54,873 nt of DNA from Microthyrium microscopicum (lineage: Eukaryota), in the NCBI GenBank assembly GCA_010405405.1, contig MU004240.1, positions 1,684,814-1,739,686 on the forward strand. The letters are read 5' to 3'. The position numbers and the translations under genes were made by a program. Under the pieces are notes generated by a model, which was not told where the DNA came from, searched no databases, and saw nothing but the letters and a program-made list of their open reading frames with translations. Positions within the stretch are counted from its first letter, which is position 1, and each line of letters opens with the position of its first letter. Positions 1 to 11,819 of the stretch are shown piece by piece.

Positions 1-1003
1 TGCTGGGCAGTTGGCGGCCAAGGTAGGCGGGAAGCAGGCACTGGAGATTATTATAGGTGGTTTTGTGTTGCAGGGCATTGGCTTTATGGTCAGCTTGATG
101 ATATACAGCGCTTTTTTATATCGGCTGATGACGCATAAATTGCCGAGGGAGAATGTTAGGCCGGGCATGTTTGTCAGTGTTGGACCCAGTGGGTTTACGA
201 TTGCGGGAATTGTGACAATGGGGCAGAGATTACCGGCAGTGGTGTCGAGTGATTTTATGATCAAGGGAGAGGGGGCGTTGGTTGCGAAGATCAGTTTGGT
301 AGCGGCGAACTGGGCGGGCCTGTGGTTATGGGGGTATGTATGCTGTGGTGGTCCAAGGGATGACTTTGCTAATGGTGGTATCAGGCTCGCTTTCTGGTTT
401 TTTATCGTTTCCGTGGGATCGCACGTGTCGTCAGCGTACAAGGGACGTATTCATTTTGCAATGACGTGGTATAGTTTCGTCTTTCCAAATACGGCGTTGA
501 CCACGGCGACTTTTGCGATTGATCGGGCGTTGGATGGTAACCGTGCCATTCAGATCCTCGGATGTACGTTGGCAATGGGTGTCGTACTGACGTGGTTTTT
601 CGTTACTGCTATGATGATTCGAGCTATCATCCTACGTCAGATTCTGTGGCCACAAAAGGGTGAAGATCGTAATGAAGGTGGTTGGGTCGAGGGAGACGAA
701 CGTATGAGGAGCGTGGATCGCGAACGGGAATTCAGATTGAGACGAGCAACCTTGATGCAGCGTAGGATGAATGGACAAGCAAAACTCTCGCAGACAGGAA
801 TCGAGCCCGATACAATCCCAGAAGAGCCAAAACCTGAGCGTAAGAAGAGAGGGAGTAGAAATCAAGGCGGAAGGGAAGATGATGAGGAGAAAGTGCTCGA
901 GTTCGACAGGGCGGACTTTGCGATTAAAGAAGCTCGAAGAGAGAGCGGCTTTGGCCCGATGCGCGGCAGAAGAGGCAGAAGTGCTACAGACAACGTTGTG
1001 TAA
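1..1003 (+). CDS. 3' portion of a malic acid/C4-dicarboxylate transporter (Mae1-like, SLAC1/TDT family), 5'-truncated by the window; in-frame 51-nt intron at 334-384
   Basis: Multiple hydrophobic helices with the family motifs RPGMFVSVGPSGFT, MTWYSFVFPNTA and ILWPQKGEDR. The intron GTATGT(334)...GCTAAT...TCAG(384) is stop-free; removing it gives WLWGLAFWFF. Confidence 0.88.
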   Translation, partial: AGQLAAKVGGKQALEIIIGGFVLQGIGFMVSLMIYSAFLYRLMTHKLPRENVRPGMFVSVGPSGFTIAGIVTMGQRLPAVVSSDFMIKGEGALVAKISLVAANWAGLWLWGYVCCGGPRDDFANGGIRLAFWFFIVSVGSHVSSAYKGRIHFAMTWYSFVFPNTALTTATFAIDRALDGNRAIQILGCTLAMGVVLTWFFVTAMMIRAIILRQILWPQKGEDRNEGGWVEGDERMRSVDREREFRLRRATLMQRRMNGQAKLSQTGIEPDTIPEEPKPERKKRGSRNQGGREDDEEKVLEFDRADFAIKEARRESGFGPMRGRRGRSATDNVV

Positions 1004-1091
1004 ATGCAAGGCGCTGGAAGAGAATTCGGCATTAATCGTTCTGCATATTATATCATATGAACATACTGCTTGTTGTTCAAATACATACCTT

Positions 1092-2488
1092 TCAAACTTC
1101 TTCTGGCTCATTCTCGTCCTCATCCATGGCATCGACGCCTTTCGCGCGCGCATTCTCCCATTGGTCCAAGTCAGATAGCATATCTTCATCAAAGTTGTCG
1201 AGATCGTCCTCATCGTCATCTTCCTCGCCCTTGGTTGACTTCTTCTCCTTTCTCTTCTTCTCAATATTTTCTCGCTGCTGCTTCTTCCGTGACTCCTTCT
1301 GTTTCTTTCGATTGCTCCATATCTCGTCAAGCTCCATTTGCTCCTCCTCACTCTTTTCAATCCACTCATGCCACATGACTTTGCCGTCACATAGTCCATC
1401 TTGGATCTTGACAAGTCGTAACCTTAGTCGGGGTCCAATCTCCTTCAACTTGACAGCTCGCTTTTCGACATCAGGTCCTGTCGATGCTCCAGCGGCTTCA
1501 GCTGCTCTTCTCTTCTTTTCGAGCTTATCTCTGTAATGTAGCTTTCGCGTCTGGGCGGCCAGCACTTCCACTTCGGCGTCGGTATCTGCCTCGCTATCAC
1601 TAGCGCTAGTGTAATTGCCTGCTTCAGCATCGAGGATATAGTCGGCCACATCCTCTAGTTGACCGAGATTCGGTATGCCTTTGCCCTTTCGATGACTCTT
1701 GTGGACCTTTTCAGCAGCGTTTAGTCGTTTGATGGGCTTGGGAACGCCAGTTGATTTGGTGGTGATTGCGTAGTGTCGTAGGGTGATTGTATAGGCGCCA
1801 TTGGCTTCATCGGTAGGAGGTTCGCGGTTAAGGAGGAGCACACGCTTTACGGAGGAGAGCGGCATGGTTTGTGGAGAAACTGGTGGAAAGAGGGATTGGA
1901 AGATGGTAGTCACCAGAGACTCTAGATGCTTAGGTACGGCGGGAGTTTTCGATTCGGTAGTGTCGGTATCTTTGGCTGCGGCGGTCATGAAATTGTTCAT
2001 TATGAGCTAATGAAATTAGTATGATCGTCTGGAACATGATAACAGGCGCATACCAATGGAGGAGTCTGATGTAGCTCGCTTGAGCTTTGTGGATGTCTTT
2101 GACTCTTCAATATGTCCTTGGCCAACGAATAATTGTCGACTTTGAAGCAAAGTGTCGGACCTCTCGGCGTAATAGCAAGTCGCATATTTGTGTTGCCCCT
2201 GTCTGATCTCGAGAATAGAAGGAAATGCGTCACTCCCAAAGGGCCAGCCATGGTAGTAAAGTCCCGTAATCGATTCTTCTTGCGCTCTTTCAGCCGGGCG
2301 GCTGTATCTGGCTGCATGACCTGGCGCATGTCTGCTACCAGCTGTCGTACCGAACGTCCTACGTCTTCGTTGCCCACTCGAATAACCATGGACTTTGGCG
2401 CACGATCCATGGCCCGCCCAGTAGGGACTGGTCCCTGCTTGGGTTTGGCGCGAGGCACGGTGTGTTTCTTTGTGCGATGTCGAGCCAT
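1092..2488 (-). CDS. SSF1: Ribosome biogenesis protein Ssf1/Ssf2 (Peter Pan, Brix domain), 2 exons (2488-2054, 2006-1092), about 449 aa
   Basis: Motifs PKSMVIRVG, MQPDTAARLKER, AGPLGVTHFLLFS, PRGPTL, LKEIGPRLRLRLVKIQDGLCDGKVMWH. Intron 2053-2007 (GTATGC...ACTAAT...TTAG) joins PPL to LIMNNF in frame. Confidence 0.93.
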
Positions 2489-2992
2489 TTTGGGTGGTGT
2501 TTGAAGATCCGACTATTGGTGCTGTTGAAAATAATTCCTTGGAGTATTTTTTTGCTGAGACAAGATTTGGGGTAGTTGAAGATTAGATTAGATGATTCTG
2601 CATTCATCTAGCTCCTCTGGCCAATCAGATCGCGCTCAAGCTGGTGGCGGGGAACAATAAGGCTGGCACCAGCAATTGCCCAGATCACAATTTTTACAAA
2701 GTCAATATTTGTGTTTGAAATCTTGAATTATTAAATTCGGTCATTCGAGTTTATGCAATGTCTATCTAATGATTCCCTGGGCGATCTTCGTCCAGCACCC
2801 TTATTATGCTAATCTACACGCTCAAAGTCGTTTCCCATGCTTTCATGATGTACAGTTGGTTCATAATAGCCTCCCAATGCTCCGTGCTGCAGTGCTGAAT
2901 CCTAAGCAGGTAATAATCTTATTCAAAAAACATTTGTAGAATGCCATCAAAACGATGTCTTCCGTACCAAAATACGTATATGAAGTTGTACT

Positions 2993-3520
2993 TCAGCTTG
3001 GTGATATTCCTGTAGAGTTCGACCAGAACGGTAACGATGTTGCTACAGCAATTTGTGTCATCGGTGTTATAGTTGTGGATGGAAACTCTGTTGTTTCAAC
3101 TTGAGCTTGTTCCGTTGGTGACGGGATTGGCACGACTGTGTAGTAGGAGGTATGCCACATGCCATTATCGTACCATTCTGTTGATACGGATGCGGCGGTT
3201 GTGACTGGTGTTGTTGTTGTTGCTGTCACTGTGATAGAGTCGGTTTCGATGGCTGTTTGGGTAGGGGGCGTGGCTGTTATTGTGATTGTGATGGTTGCTG
3301 GTGGAGGAGCCGCTGCGCCTTGTATTATGGTTGTTGTTGCGTATACGGTTTGAGTGACGGTTGGCGGTAGCGCCGTGGGATTTGAGCCTGGAGGTCCTCC
3401 GTCCGGGTTGACAATGGAGTAGCTGGCGGCTTTGTCCACTTGTAATGGTGCGCTATATGGAAGAGCTGAGGCGAGTAGTAGATTGCTTGCGAGTATCGAA
3501 AAAATTCTGAGAGATACCAT
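2993..3520 (-). CDS. Small secreted Thr/Pro-rich protein (175 aa), probably O-glycosylated or cell-wall associated
   Basis: Hydrophobic signal peptide MVSLRIFSILASNLLLASA, Thr-rich body and a single aromatic block WYDNGMWHTSYY. Confidence 0.75.
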   Translation of the reverse strand: MVSLRIFSILASNLLLASALPYSAPLQVDKAASYSIVNPDGGPPGSNPTALPPTVTQTVYATTTIIQGAAAPPPATITITITATPPTQTAIETDSITVTATTTTPVTTAASVSTEWYDNGMWHTSYYTVVPIPSPTEQAQVETTEFPSTTITPMTQIAVATSLPFWSNSTGISPS

Positions 3521-4551
3521 GTTGGAGGTAATGTGAGAGTGGGGAGCGTTTTCGTAGAGTGTTGAGATCTTGCAGTGGAGGATAGAGCGAGAGCGAGAGC
3601 AGCGATAGCAGTATTTTCTTTTTGGTGAGGTCGCACAGTATGAGGTTTTGTGAGAATGGGTAGATGCAGGAGGGACATTTAAAAGGGTTTGAGATAGTCA
3701 GGGGAATTTTCCAAGGCGTTGAAGAATTTAGATATTTGGGGGGCGGGTGGTGGCTGGAAGCCATGTTAAATGGCGGGTAATCCCAGCAAACAATGCACGA
3801 AATTCATACAATGATACTCTTATTGGAGCATATAACTATCCGCCTATGACCCCAGCGTTTAATTCATTAACAAGGGAAGATTAAAGCCAGATTGACGAGT
3901 CTCGATAGAATCTGTAGGTCGTCCGCAACCAAAATCGTCTGCGTGAGCAAGATCCAGAACCCGAGAACGTGGTTCGGCTGTTCCCGAGGCTGAGGCGTCA
4001 CACTAGATCTTTTCAAGACTAGCGTATTGCTTAGCGCTCATCAGCCTTCTTGGCAGCCTTATCATCTTAACTCCATCCCATGCTTCTTTCTTGCTGTCGC
4101 AGATGAATTGATGAGCAAGTATCGGTAGTGCTTGCTTCATAGTCTCTGTATGCTAGGTAATGTATTCTAACTTCAACTCTATCTTGTAGTGTTGGAAGCA
4201 AAAAGCCTTGAATCGATCAGCAACAACGATACGAGACAATTTATGGCTCGATTGGGGCAAAGTGGCGTGTTCCCAATGATATTTCTAGCTACCTTCGACG
4301 ATATTTGATACCAATGATTTGCTGCCCCATTACTATGAGCATTCCAGCGTTCTGCCGGCTACAGTGAAAGAAAATATCTGCGATGGTACCTATCAGCGCA
4401 CGTCTATGTTCGCTCTTGGTCACTACTCCAGTACATTAAATGTAGAAAGTTCTGAACCGAGTGAGGAGAAGAACGAAGCTATGGTTGTTTTTGCTGCTCT
4501 GGTAGCTATATAGCTCGTGGAATAGTGCTTGTATTCTTGTCTACTAGACGG

Positions 4552-4764
4552 CAGCGGCATAGCAAAATAGATGGCGTACTCCCATCAACACTGATGGCGC
4601 CCAGACGCTACGGTCTATTATCGAGTGCTTTATTTGCCACAAAGGGCGTTCGGATTGGGAATATATATCAGATGCGATGGAAATTCGAAGCACCTGTTGG
4701 TTAGCAGCGCTGGTGGTAGCCATCACAGTTGTGGGAGTACGCCATTTATTTTGCCATGCCGTTG
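4552..4764. repeat. Long imperfect inverted repeat (hairpin), copy 1 of a two-copy dispersed element
   Basis: Left arm GGCATAGCAAAATAGATGGCGTACTCCCATCAACACTGATGGC is the near reverse complement of GCCATCACAGTTGTGGGAGTACGCCATTTATTTTGCCATGCC. The whole unit recurs at about 22890-23090. Confidence 0.85.
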
Positions 4765-5376
4765 GACGGTTGGTATTTGCGACAGCTCTTGAACATGATT
4801 AACGGTGGTTGGCTTTGCGGAGAGAACAGCACCCTTTCTATTTAGAAGCCTTCAGTTCATCATGTCTAAGATATAGCTACAGTTTGAAGATAATGCAGTT
4901 TTTGTCCTCATGGAAGACTTTGTTTAGGTATGGGGAGATATTCTGCAGTGACCGCGCCACAATGTGTTTTGCAAGATCGCGTATACCACCTCAACAATCC
5001 TAGTCGAGGCATAACACCTCCATCACAGTTATTTCACCTGAAGGTACCTTCCCTTTCACTTTTGCGGCCCGGAACGCCAAACTCTTCCAGCAACCAAGTC
5101 CTCGACCTTCCACCACCACTTGTTTTGACTTTTGCCAGCAATTCGACCTCTTCCACACCTTCCAACCATCCTCTCTACCACACCCTCAACATTTCGAAAC
5201 CTTCAAGCTTTTCTCTTTTCTGTCATTCTTCGATTACCTGCCCGTTTCAGCCCACGCGCCTCTTCCTACGCTCGAAAACAACAGGCTGTTGAAACGCCGC
5301 CATCACTCGCGTTTCTTCTCCATTCACCGCAATTTACCATCTCAAAACCTATTCGAGAAACCCACAGAGCGGGAAA

Positions 5377-7309
5377 ATGAGCAGCTCCTCGGATTTTGAT
5401 CCAGCGGCCTTCCAGTCCTTGGATTGGGACGATATGGTTCCGCACTACCGCGTTCCAGACGAATTTGTCGACTTATGCGACGACAATGCTGGAACTTCGG
5501 GCTTCCTAGCTCTAGACGGATCGCAAAATCCAAGCCCATCCTCCACCGAGAACAACGCCTATTCAACATCTCCTGCCGGTTCAGAACCACTGTTATCGCA
5601 AAAGCCAGCTACAACTGATCCCACCACGCGCTTTCGACTGGCAGCTCCCTCACAGCTACCGGTGCCTCAGGACTACTTCACAGAAGTACCTGGACCCGAG
5701 CAGGATACAATGATGTCAGCTACTTCTACTCAATCCCCTCCAGGGCACGCTAGCTTTGAGCAGCTGCTACCCAGCGAGTCAAGTAACCCTGTCGGTCATG
5801 TCTTGACGCATACAACGGATCGCTCATATCAGCATCCATTGACATCTGGCCACGAAGGGTTCAATGACTATTCTGGTCTTCCGCACCTGCCTGTCATGAG
5901 TACCGACTCTCCTCAGTCTGTTGGACAACAAACCCCTGTCTATAGTTCGCCCATGGGCAACGCAGTGACTAACCGCCCTTTGCTGTCTCTGATGAAACTG
6001 GTAAACCCCGACGACCAAGACCACCCTCCAGGAAACATAGCAAATTCCTATTCCTTAAATAGGTCACTACGAATGACGCATCCACAGCTTGGCGATCCTT
6101 ATTTCCTGCTTGCTGCTTTGCAATCATATCGCGCTCTGGTACCATTACAGGCTCATACACATGGCCGATTTCACAACGGTCCTGCCTTCATTGCTCCAGT
6201 TGCTGTCCATAATACTGTGACTGTCACCACTTCGACAGCTTCTGCGCCTGCGGCTGCTGCTGCATCCGGCTCTAGCCTAGTCGCTGCTCCAGGTGTGGTA
6301 CCAAACACCTCACGCATCCATACCACTCGCCGTGGGAAGCAAGTCGTTATCAATGCTCCAACTACTCAGGCGGGAAACGGCCAAGCACAATCATATCGCG
6401 CTCCTTCGCGACCAAATTTGAATGCCAAAATCCTTAAGCCAAGCGCTGCTGGCGTACCCGTCGGTGACTTACCAGTATACGAACTACCTGATGGTCGCTT
6501 TAAGGCCCTCCATTGTCCTGACTGCCGCGGTAATGCAGCCTGGTCCCGAGGTAGAGGCGGCGCCTCCGACTATCTCAAGTTTTTTAGAGGTGAGAAACTT
6601 CCAATATAGTCTCTTGGAATTTACTAAAGATCCAATAGGTCTGAAAAGTCTGCAGGAACATATTTATGTCTGCCACAACAAAAAGCCTACTGACCCACAT
6701 GGCAATCCGATCAAACGCGGTGCTGCTGGTCGAAAGAAATTCGCCTGGCTTCAAGACGCCTGTCCAGGTCCCATTATAAGTCGAACCGAAGATCTGCAGG
6801 CAGTGATGGCCGACTCAACAATTCACCCTGACGTTCAGGCTGAACGTGAGGCTGGTAAGCGCGCAAAGGCGGAAGAGGCGCGTCGTAAGGCTCGCGAACA
6901 GCAGCTTCTGCGTGATAGCCAGCGAGCCGCTGCACAGGGCCTACTGATTCAGACTATGAATCAGCCACAACAGCAAGCACAAGCACTACCTCCTGTTATG
7001 ATGCACGCTGGACAGCCTCCCTACCAGATTGGTGCAAGCTCTCAAACGTCCATGCCTTATGTGCCACCACTACCACAAGCAGTTCCACCTTACGGAAACC
7101 ATCCTGTAGTTGCGATGATGCCGCAGATGAGTTTCATGCCGCCTATGGGAACTTCGGCACAGCAAGAGTACATCTTCATCAACGAGAACGGCAAGCGAAC
7201 CCGAGATACCGATGAAGATCTTTATGAACAGGAGACCGAAGACGAGGACTATGACACCGAGGAGGAAGATGTCCATGGTCACTGGAAGAAAGCTCGATAC
7301 GATGCTTGA
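5377..7309 (+). CDS. Tandem paralogue 1: atypical C2H2-like zinc-finger protein, exons 5377-6589 and 6639-7309, about 627 aa
   Basis: Intron GTGAGA(6590)...ACTAA...TAG(6638) joins ORFs 5377..6609 and 6422..7309 in frame, giving CPDC-x28-HIYVCH. Acidic N-terminus, P/S/Q-rich linkers and a GKR..acidic..WKKAR tail. Homologous to 8379-10232 and 11820-13392. Confidence 0.85.
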
Positions 7310-7427
7310 GAGTCTGGAAATTGAGGGTGTTGCAATGAAGCTGCTCGCGATTGTCATGTAATCGTGATGAGCGAGTGCGGTGTTGTCTCTTGTCTTGCGC
7401 TGTCATTACTGACGCTGTTCTCATTGA

Positions 7428-7475
7428 CTCTGTTGATATTGGCTCTGTTGATATTGGCTCTGTTGATATTGGCTC
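7428..7475 (+). repeat. 15-bp tandem repeat (CTCTGTTGATATTGG x3) downstream of paralogue 1
   Basis: Three direct copies visible. Confidence 0.85.
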
Positions 7476-8378
7476 TTGTTATGCTTGGGACAGCAGGCTT
7501 TTGCTTCTGTCTTGTTTGATATTGTTGTTGTAGTTGTTATAGACGACTTCGGACCACCATGTGGTGGTGGCTTAAACACACCATAATATCGCCTGCTGCT
7601 GCGTGACGCAGATGTCGAAGGCTTGCTCTTGTTTTATGCCTCAGAGATACCCATACAGAATTATTTATAGCATAACATCGCGTTTTCGATCGCTTTTGAC
7701 AGTCGTGAAGAACAGTATACAAAACCCTTCAGGTATAGTGGTACATCTTGCAGTCACTGCGGCATGATTGAGTTCTGCTACAGTATGTTCAAGGGAACCA
7801 CATGAAAGCCGAGTCGCTGTCATCAACCGTGATATCTTTGAACTAGCAAAATTAGCCACGCCTTGTCGACGCCGTGTGAATGTACATAGATGGACTCATT
7901 CGGACGTGTAGTAGTAGACATCGGTGTCGAGGGCTACCGCGAGAACTTGTAAAGACATGACGACACCTCCTTATGGGACTCACCTCATTGCTGTCGTTCC
8001 TTCCACTACCCGGGGAGCACCTTCCTCGAGCTCAGTTGTTTTGATATTCATCACCTTAAATCTTCTGGCGCCGAAGGTTAAAGCCCGATTCTGTTTAGCC
8101 TGGCCCCAGATTTCTCGACCTCTACTTCATAACTTTTTGCACATTCTTCCCACGACCTCCAGCCATCTTCCTCTTCACCAAACTCTCCACTCGAATTCTC
8201 AATTCATAATCTGCAAGAACCTTCTGCGCCTTCGCGCGATCACAATCCAACCACTGTCACTCAACGCTACCAAGCACCAGCGATCGCGTATTCCAAGTAC
8301 TGTCATCACCTTCATCCGCTCCAGGCACGTCACCACATCTGGTCTGCGTGATCTGATTACGACATCCTTGTAGCGAAA

Positions 8379-10232
8379 ATGGACGGTTCCTCGGAGTTCG
8401 TCCCAAATTCCTTCAATTCCTACGATGGCGATACAAAAACTGGTGGCCTCCCTGTTCCAGAAGAGTATCTGGATCTGTTCGACACCGAGGAAACTCTTGG
8501 CCACTCGCTAGTCGGCGCAGTGCCAACCGCAGACGGCAGCCTCTCTGCGGAATCGAATTCAGTCCAGAGCACTCTGTCTCCTCAAGATCGATCTCCATCT
8601 GAAGCTGTCGCATCGCTAGGACAAGATTCATCCGAGTTAGGCGCATCGCAGGACATCCAAGAGGCATCGACAAATCTTGCGACCGAATCTCATACTCCCT
8701 CAGTGTCACCATCTAGACCATCTTCCTTCCTACCACCTTCTGGTTCATCCATCTTCCAACCAGTTCTGCCAGGTCACCAGCGTGTCGAGATCAACCCGAC
8801 CTTCAGACTTCCCTCTACTAGTACTTTCTCGTCATCTCAATATCCCATTACCCCTAGCGCCAATCGGCAAGCCAATGCTTCCAATGGCACCATAATTCCT
8901 ACTCAGAATGGCCACTGGCATGTCACTGGGAACCGTGCACAATTCTCTGGAGCGCCCTTCCCCGTGAATACGACATCGAACTCCCATCGAACCCATCAAT
9001 TCGGCAGCATGCAGCCATTGAACGGAACATCGTCCTTTCAAACTGGTACAGTGCCGGCTATGAGCCGTAACGTCACCCAGCCAGGCATGGCAGTAACAAA
9101 TGGACCACCCCTGGTTATCCCAAATGTACTTCGCAACCGCCCAATGCACCCTAACAACATGGCCCAAAATCGCCTTGCTCTTGCTAGCAATGCTGGTGGC
9201 ACTTTTGTTGGACCTGCCACCAACATGAATGGCCTTGCTCCGACTCCTGTTCAAGTACAAAATACGCAGCCACGAGTAATGCGTCCACCTCATCGACCTA
9301 ATTCCAACCGAAACATACAGATGCCAAGCGCTACCGGCGTGCCTTGGACACAATTGCCAGTATGGCAACTCCCTGATGGCTCCTATCAAACCCTGTATTG
9401 TCCATATTGTGGCGGAAATGCGCGTTGGATCAAAGGTGTGAACGGTGATAGCGACCGCTTGGAGTTTTATAATGGTATGTTACTTCTTTTTAGAGACCAT
9501 ATGCTTCTTTATTGCTAACATTCCGCTCTTGTAGGCTGTAAGGCTCTTCAGGCACATATCCATGCGGCGCATGGAAAAACTCCGACTGACGCAAACGGAA
9601 ACAAAATCAAACGCGGAGCAGGCCGCAAGGCCTTTGGCTGGCTCCGTTCGATTTGTCGTGGTCCTACCCTCGCCCATGATCGGCTAGGTGACCTGGCGCC
9701 TGCTATGTCGGATTCCACGATTGATCCTGCTATGCAGGCAGTCCGCAATGCGGGTAAAGGGAAGAAAGCGGCAAAGGCTGAGGCAGAACGACTCCGAAAA
9801 GAACAGGAGCGTCAACCGCGAGACCCACATGCATCCAGTAGACAGCGTCATTCCACTCAGACTCGAACTCAGCCGCTGCGACAGGCCCAATCGTACACTC
9901 TTGCCTCTGGTACGCCCTATACTCACTACCAGCATGGTGGCTTTGACCCAGGACGCAATCCATATGCTCGAACCAACCCTCTTGGTATTCCTACGTACGA
10001 GCCACCGGTCAGTGTTTCTCAGCAACCACGGGTGCCGATGCCTATGATGCCACAGCCGCCTATGACTATGGGGCGACAAGCACAAGATAGCTCGCTTACC
10101 GTAAATGGCAAGCGTCCACGAGGTGTTCAACATTGTTGGGAGGAGGAAGACAGCGAAGACGAGGAAGAGGACAGTGAAGAAGAGGAAGAGCGACACCAAC
10201 GCTGGAAGAAGATGCGGAAAGGCCGAGAGTGA
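8379..10232 (+). CDS. Tandem paralogue 2: atypical C2H2-like zinc-finger protein, exons 8379-9474 and 9535-10232, about 597 aa
   Basis: Intron GTATGT(9475)...GCTAAC...TAG(9534). The spliced frame reads CPYC-x28-HIHAAH and runs into ORF 9705..10232, ending GKRPR..acidic..WKKMRK. Confidence 0.87.
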
Positions 10233-11819
10233 TGTTGCTGCGATTGACTTGCTTGGTTTGAAGATACATTCACCGCAATCGAGCGAGATTACTGTTTTGG
10301 CTGGGGCTGTTGTTACTGGCTGCTGTTGTTGTTGGTTTCTGTTTGTCTTGGCTCACCAAGTTTGAGCTTCTGTTCTGATTTCGATCGTTATGACTAGTCG
10401 ATGTAGGCGAGCCTAAACTCAGCCTACATGGCCGATTTGGCTGCCAGAAGACAACCTGCTCCTGCATGAAGCGGGGAAAAGTACTTCGTTTATGTTTACT
10501 GTTTTAAAGATAGTCTTATAGAATATACAGTTGCTGCTTTGGTTTTGCATTTTCGATCGCCCCCCCCAGTTGCGACAAAAATAAGTATATAATCAATACA
10601 CTCCACGCTGATGCTTCTTCGAGTTTCAGCGGCACTAAAATGCTTTACCATGATGATCTAAACTGGCCGAACAGAGAACTGATATGTTGCCGTCTTGTGC
10701 AATACCGAAAATAGCCATAGATGGACTGCTACTTATCAGCTGTGATTTCGGCAAACTTTTGTTTGTTCAAAGTTTACTGATGATAACACATGACAGTCCA
10801 TGCCAATTATCAGAACTGAAAATGATCCAAGAACAATTTTGACAAGTCTGTAGCAGCTCTGGAGAACTCTCCAGTAGCGAATAACTGAAAATAGCAAATA
10901 ATGGTTATTGAAATTGTATGTCATCTATCAACTTGTTTCTGAAATTCAGAGGCTGTTTTCTTTCTAAAAAATTCGCTATATAACCGCTTTCTCCATAGCT
11001 TCTGTATCAAAGCCTTCTACGCAATCAAGTTTTCCACTTCTACCACTGCCTCTTAGAACATTTCAAACTGGTACAATTGCCTCCGTCAGCGTACATGGAT
11101 CCCGTTGGTGGCCTTCTGTTCTCGAGCGTATTATCTCCCAATGTCGGAGTTGCTTTTCATCGCCACTTATCAAACGCGATGAAGTTATAGTACGTTTTGG
11201 TTAGAGACACTGGTGGAAGCTAAAGAAGTAGTTGGGAGCGCCTCATTTATTCCCCTTGCTCCTCTTGAGATAACATCGTCTCCGGCAACGTTCTTATTCG
11301 AGGTCTGATTCTTGTCTTCGCTAGGCGTATCTTTGTAACCAGCCTTGTCTGCTGTAGGAAAGGGTAGGGGGATTGTTGTAGGGATATGGCCTCTCATGCT
11401 ATCTGTGGTTTCTTATAATCGCTGCTTCTGTCTCACGTTCTATATATCGTCTCTAAACTTTCAACTTCACCTCGTTGCACCTGATTACTCGTTGACACAA
11501 TTGGAGCTTAGAATCGCTCCTATCCACTATCATCTCTCACCTCCGACTCGCATCACTACCTACCAGAACTCTGTGTGCGATACTGCCAAAATTTCGACAA
11601 CCTCTCGAATCCGCCAACATCGCCATCACCTTCCTGTCCTCCACATAACACAACTTCAGCTCTTTACCCGCCAAGAAATATCTTATAATCATCGCGATAA
11701 CCTCACTTTCCCTATATCGCCTTCCTTCCAATACCTTTCTCGAATCGCCTCCACCAAATCTGGGTCGCTGCTTCATCTGTCTCTGTAGCATCAAATTCAC
11801 GCTCTCTTTCAGCATCAAC

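Noticed and set aside
632..1536. Overlapping ORFs 632..1414(-), 771..1178(+), 1057..1536(+)
   Set aside because: Shadow frames of the transporter and SSF1 low-complexity ends.
4250..4410. Possible third degenerate copy of the hairpin motif (GTGGCGTGTTCCCA; CGATGGTACCTATC)
   Set aside because: Matches are too short to separate from chance without computation.
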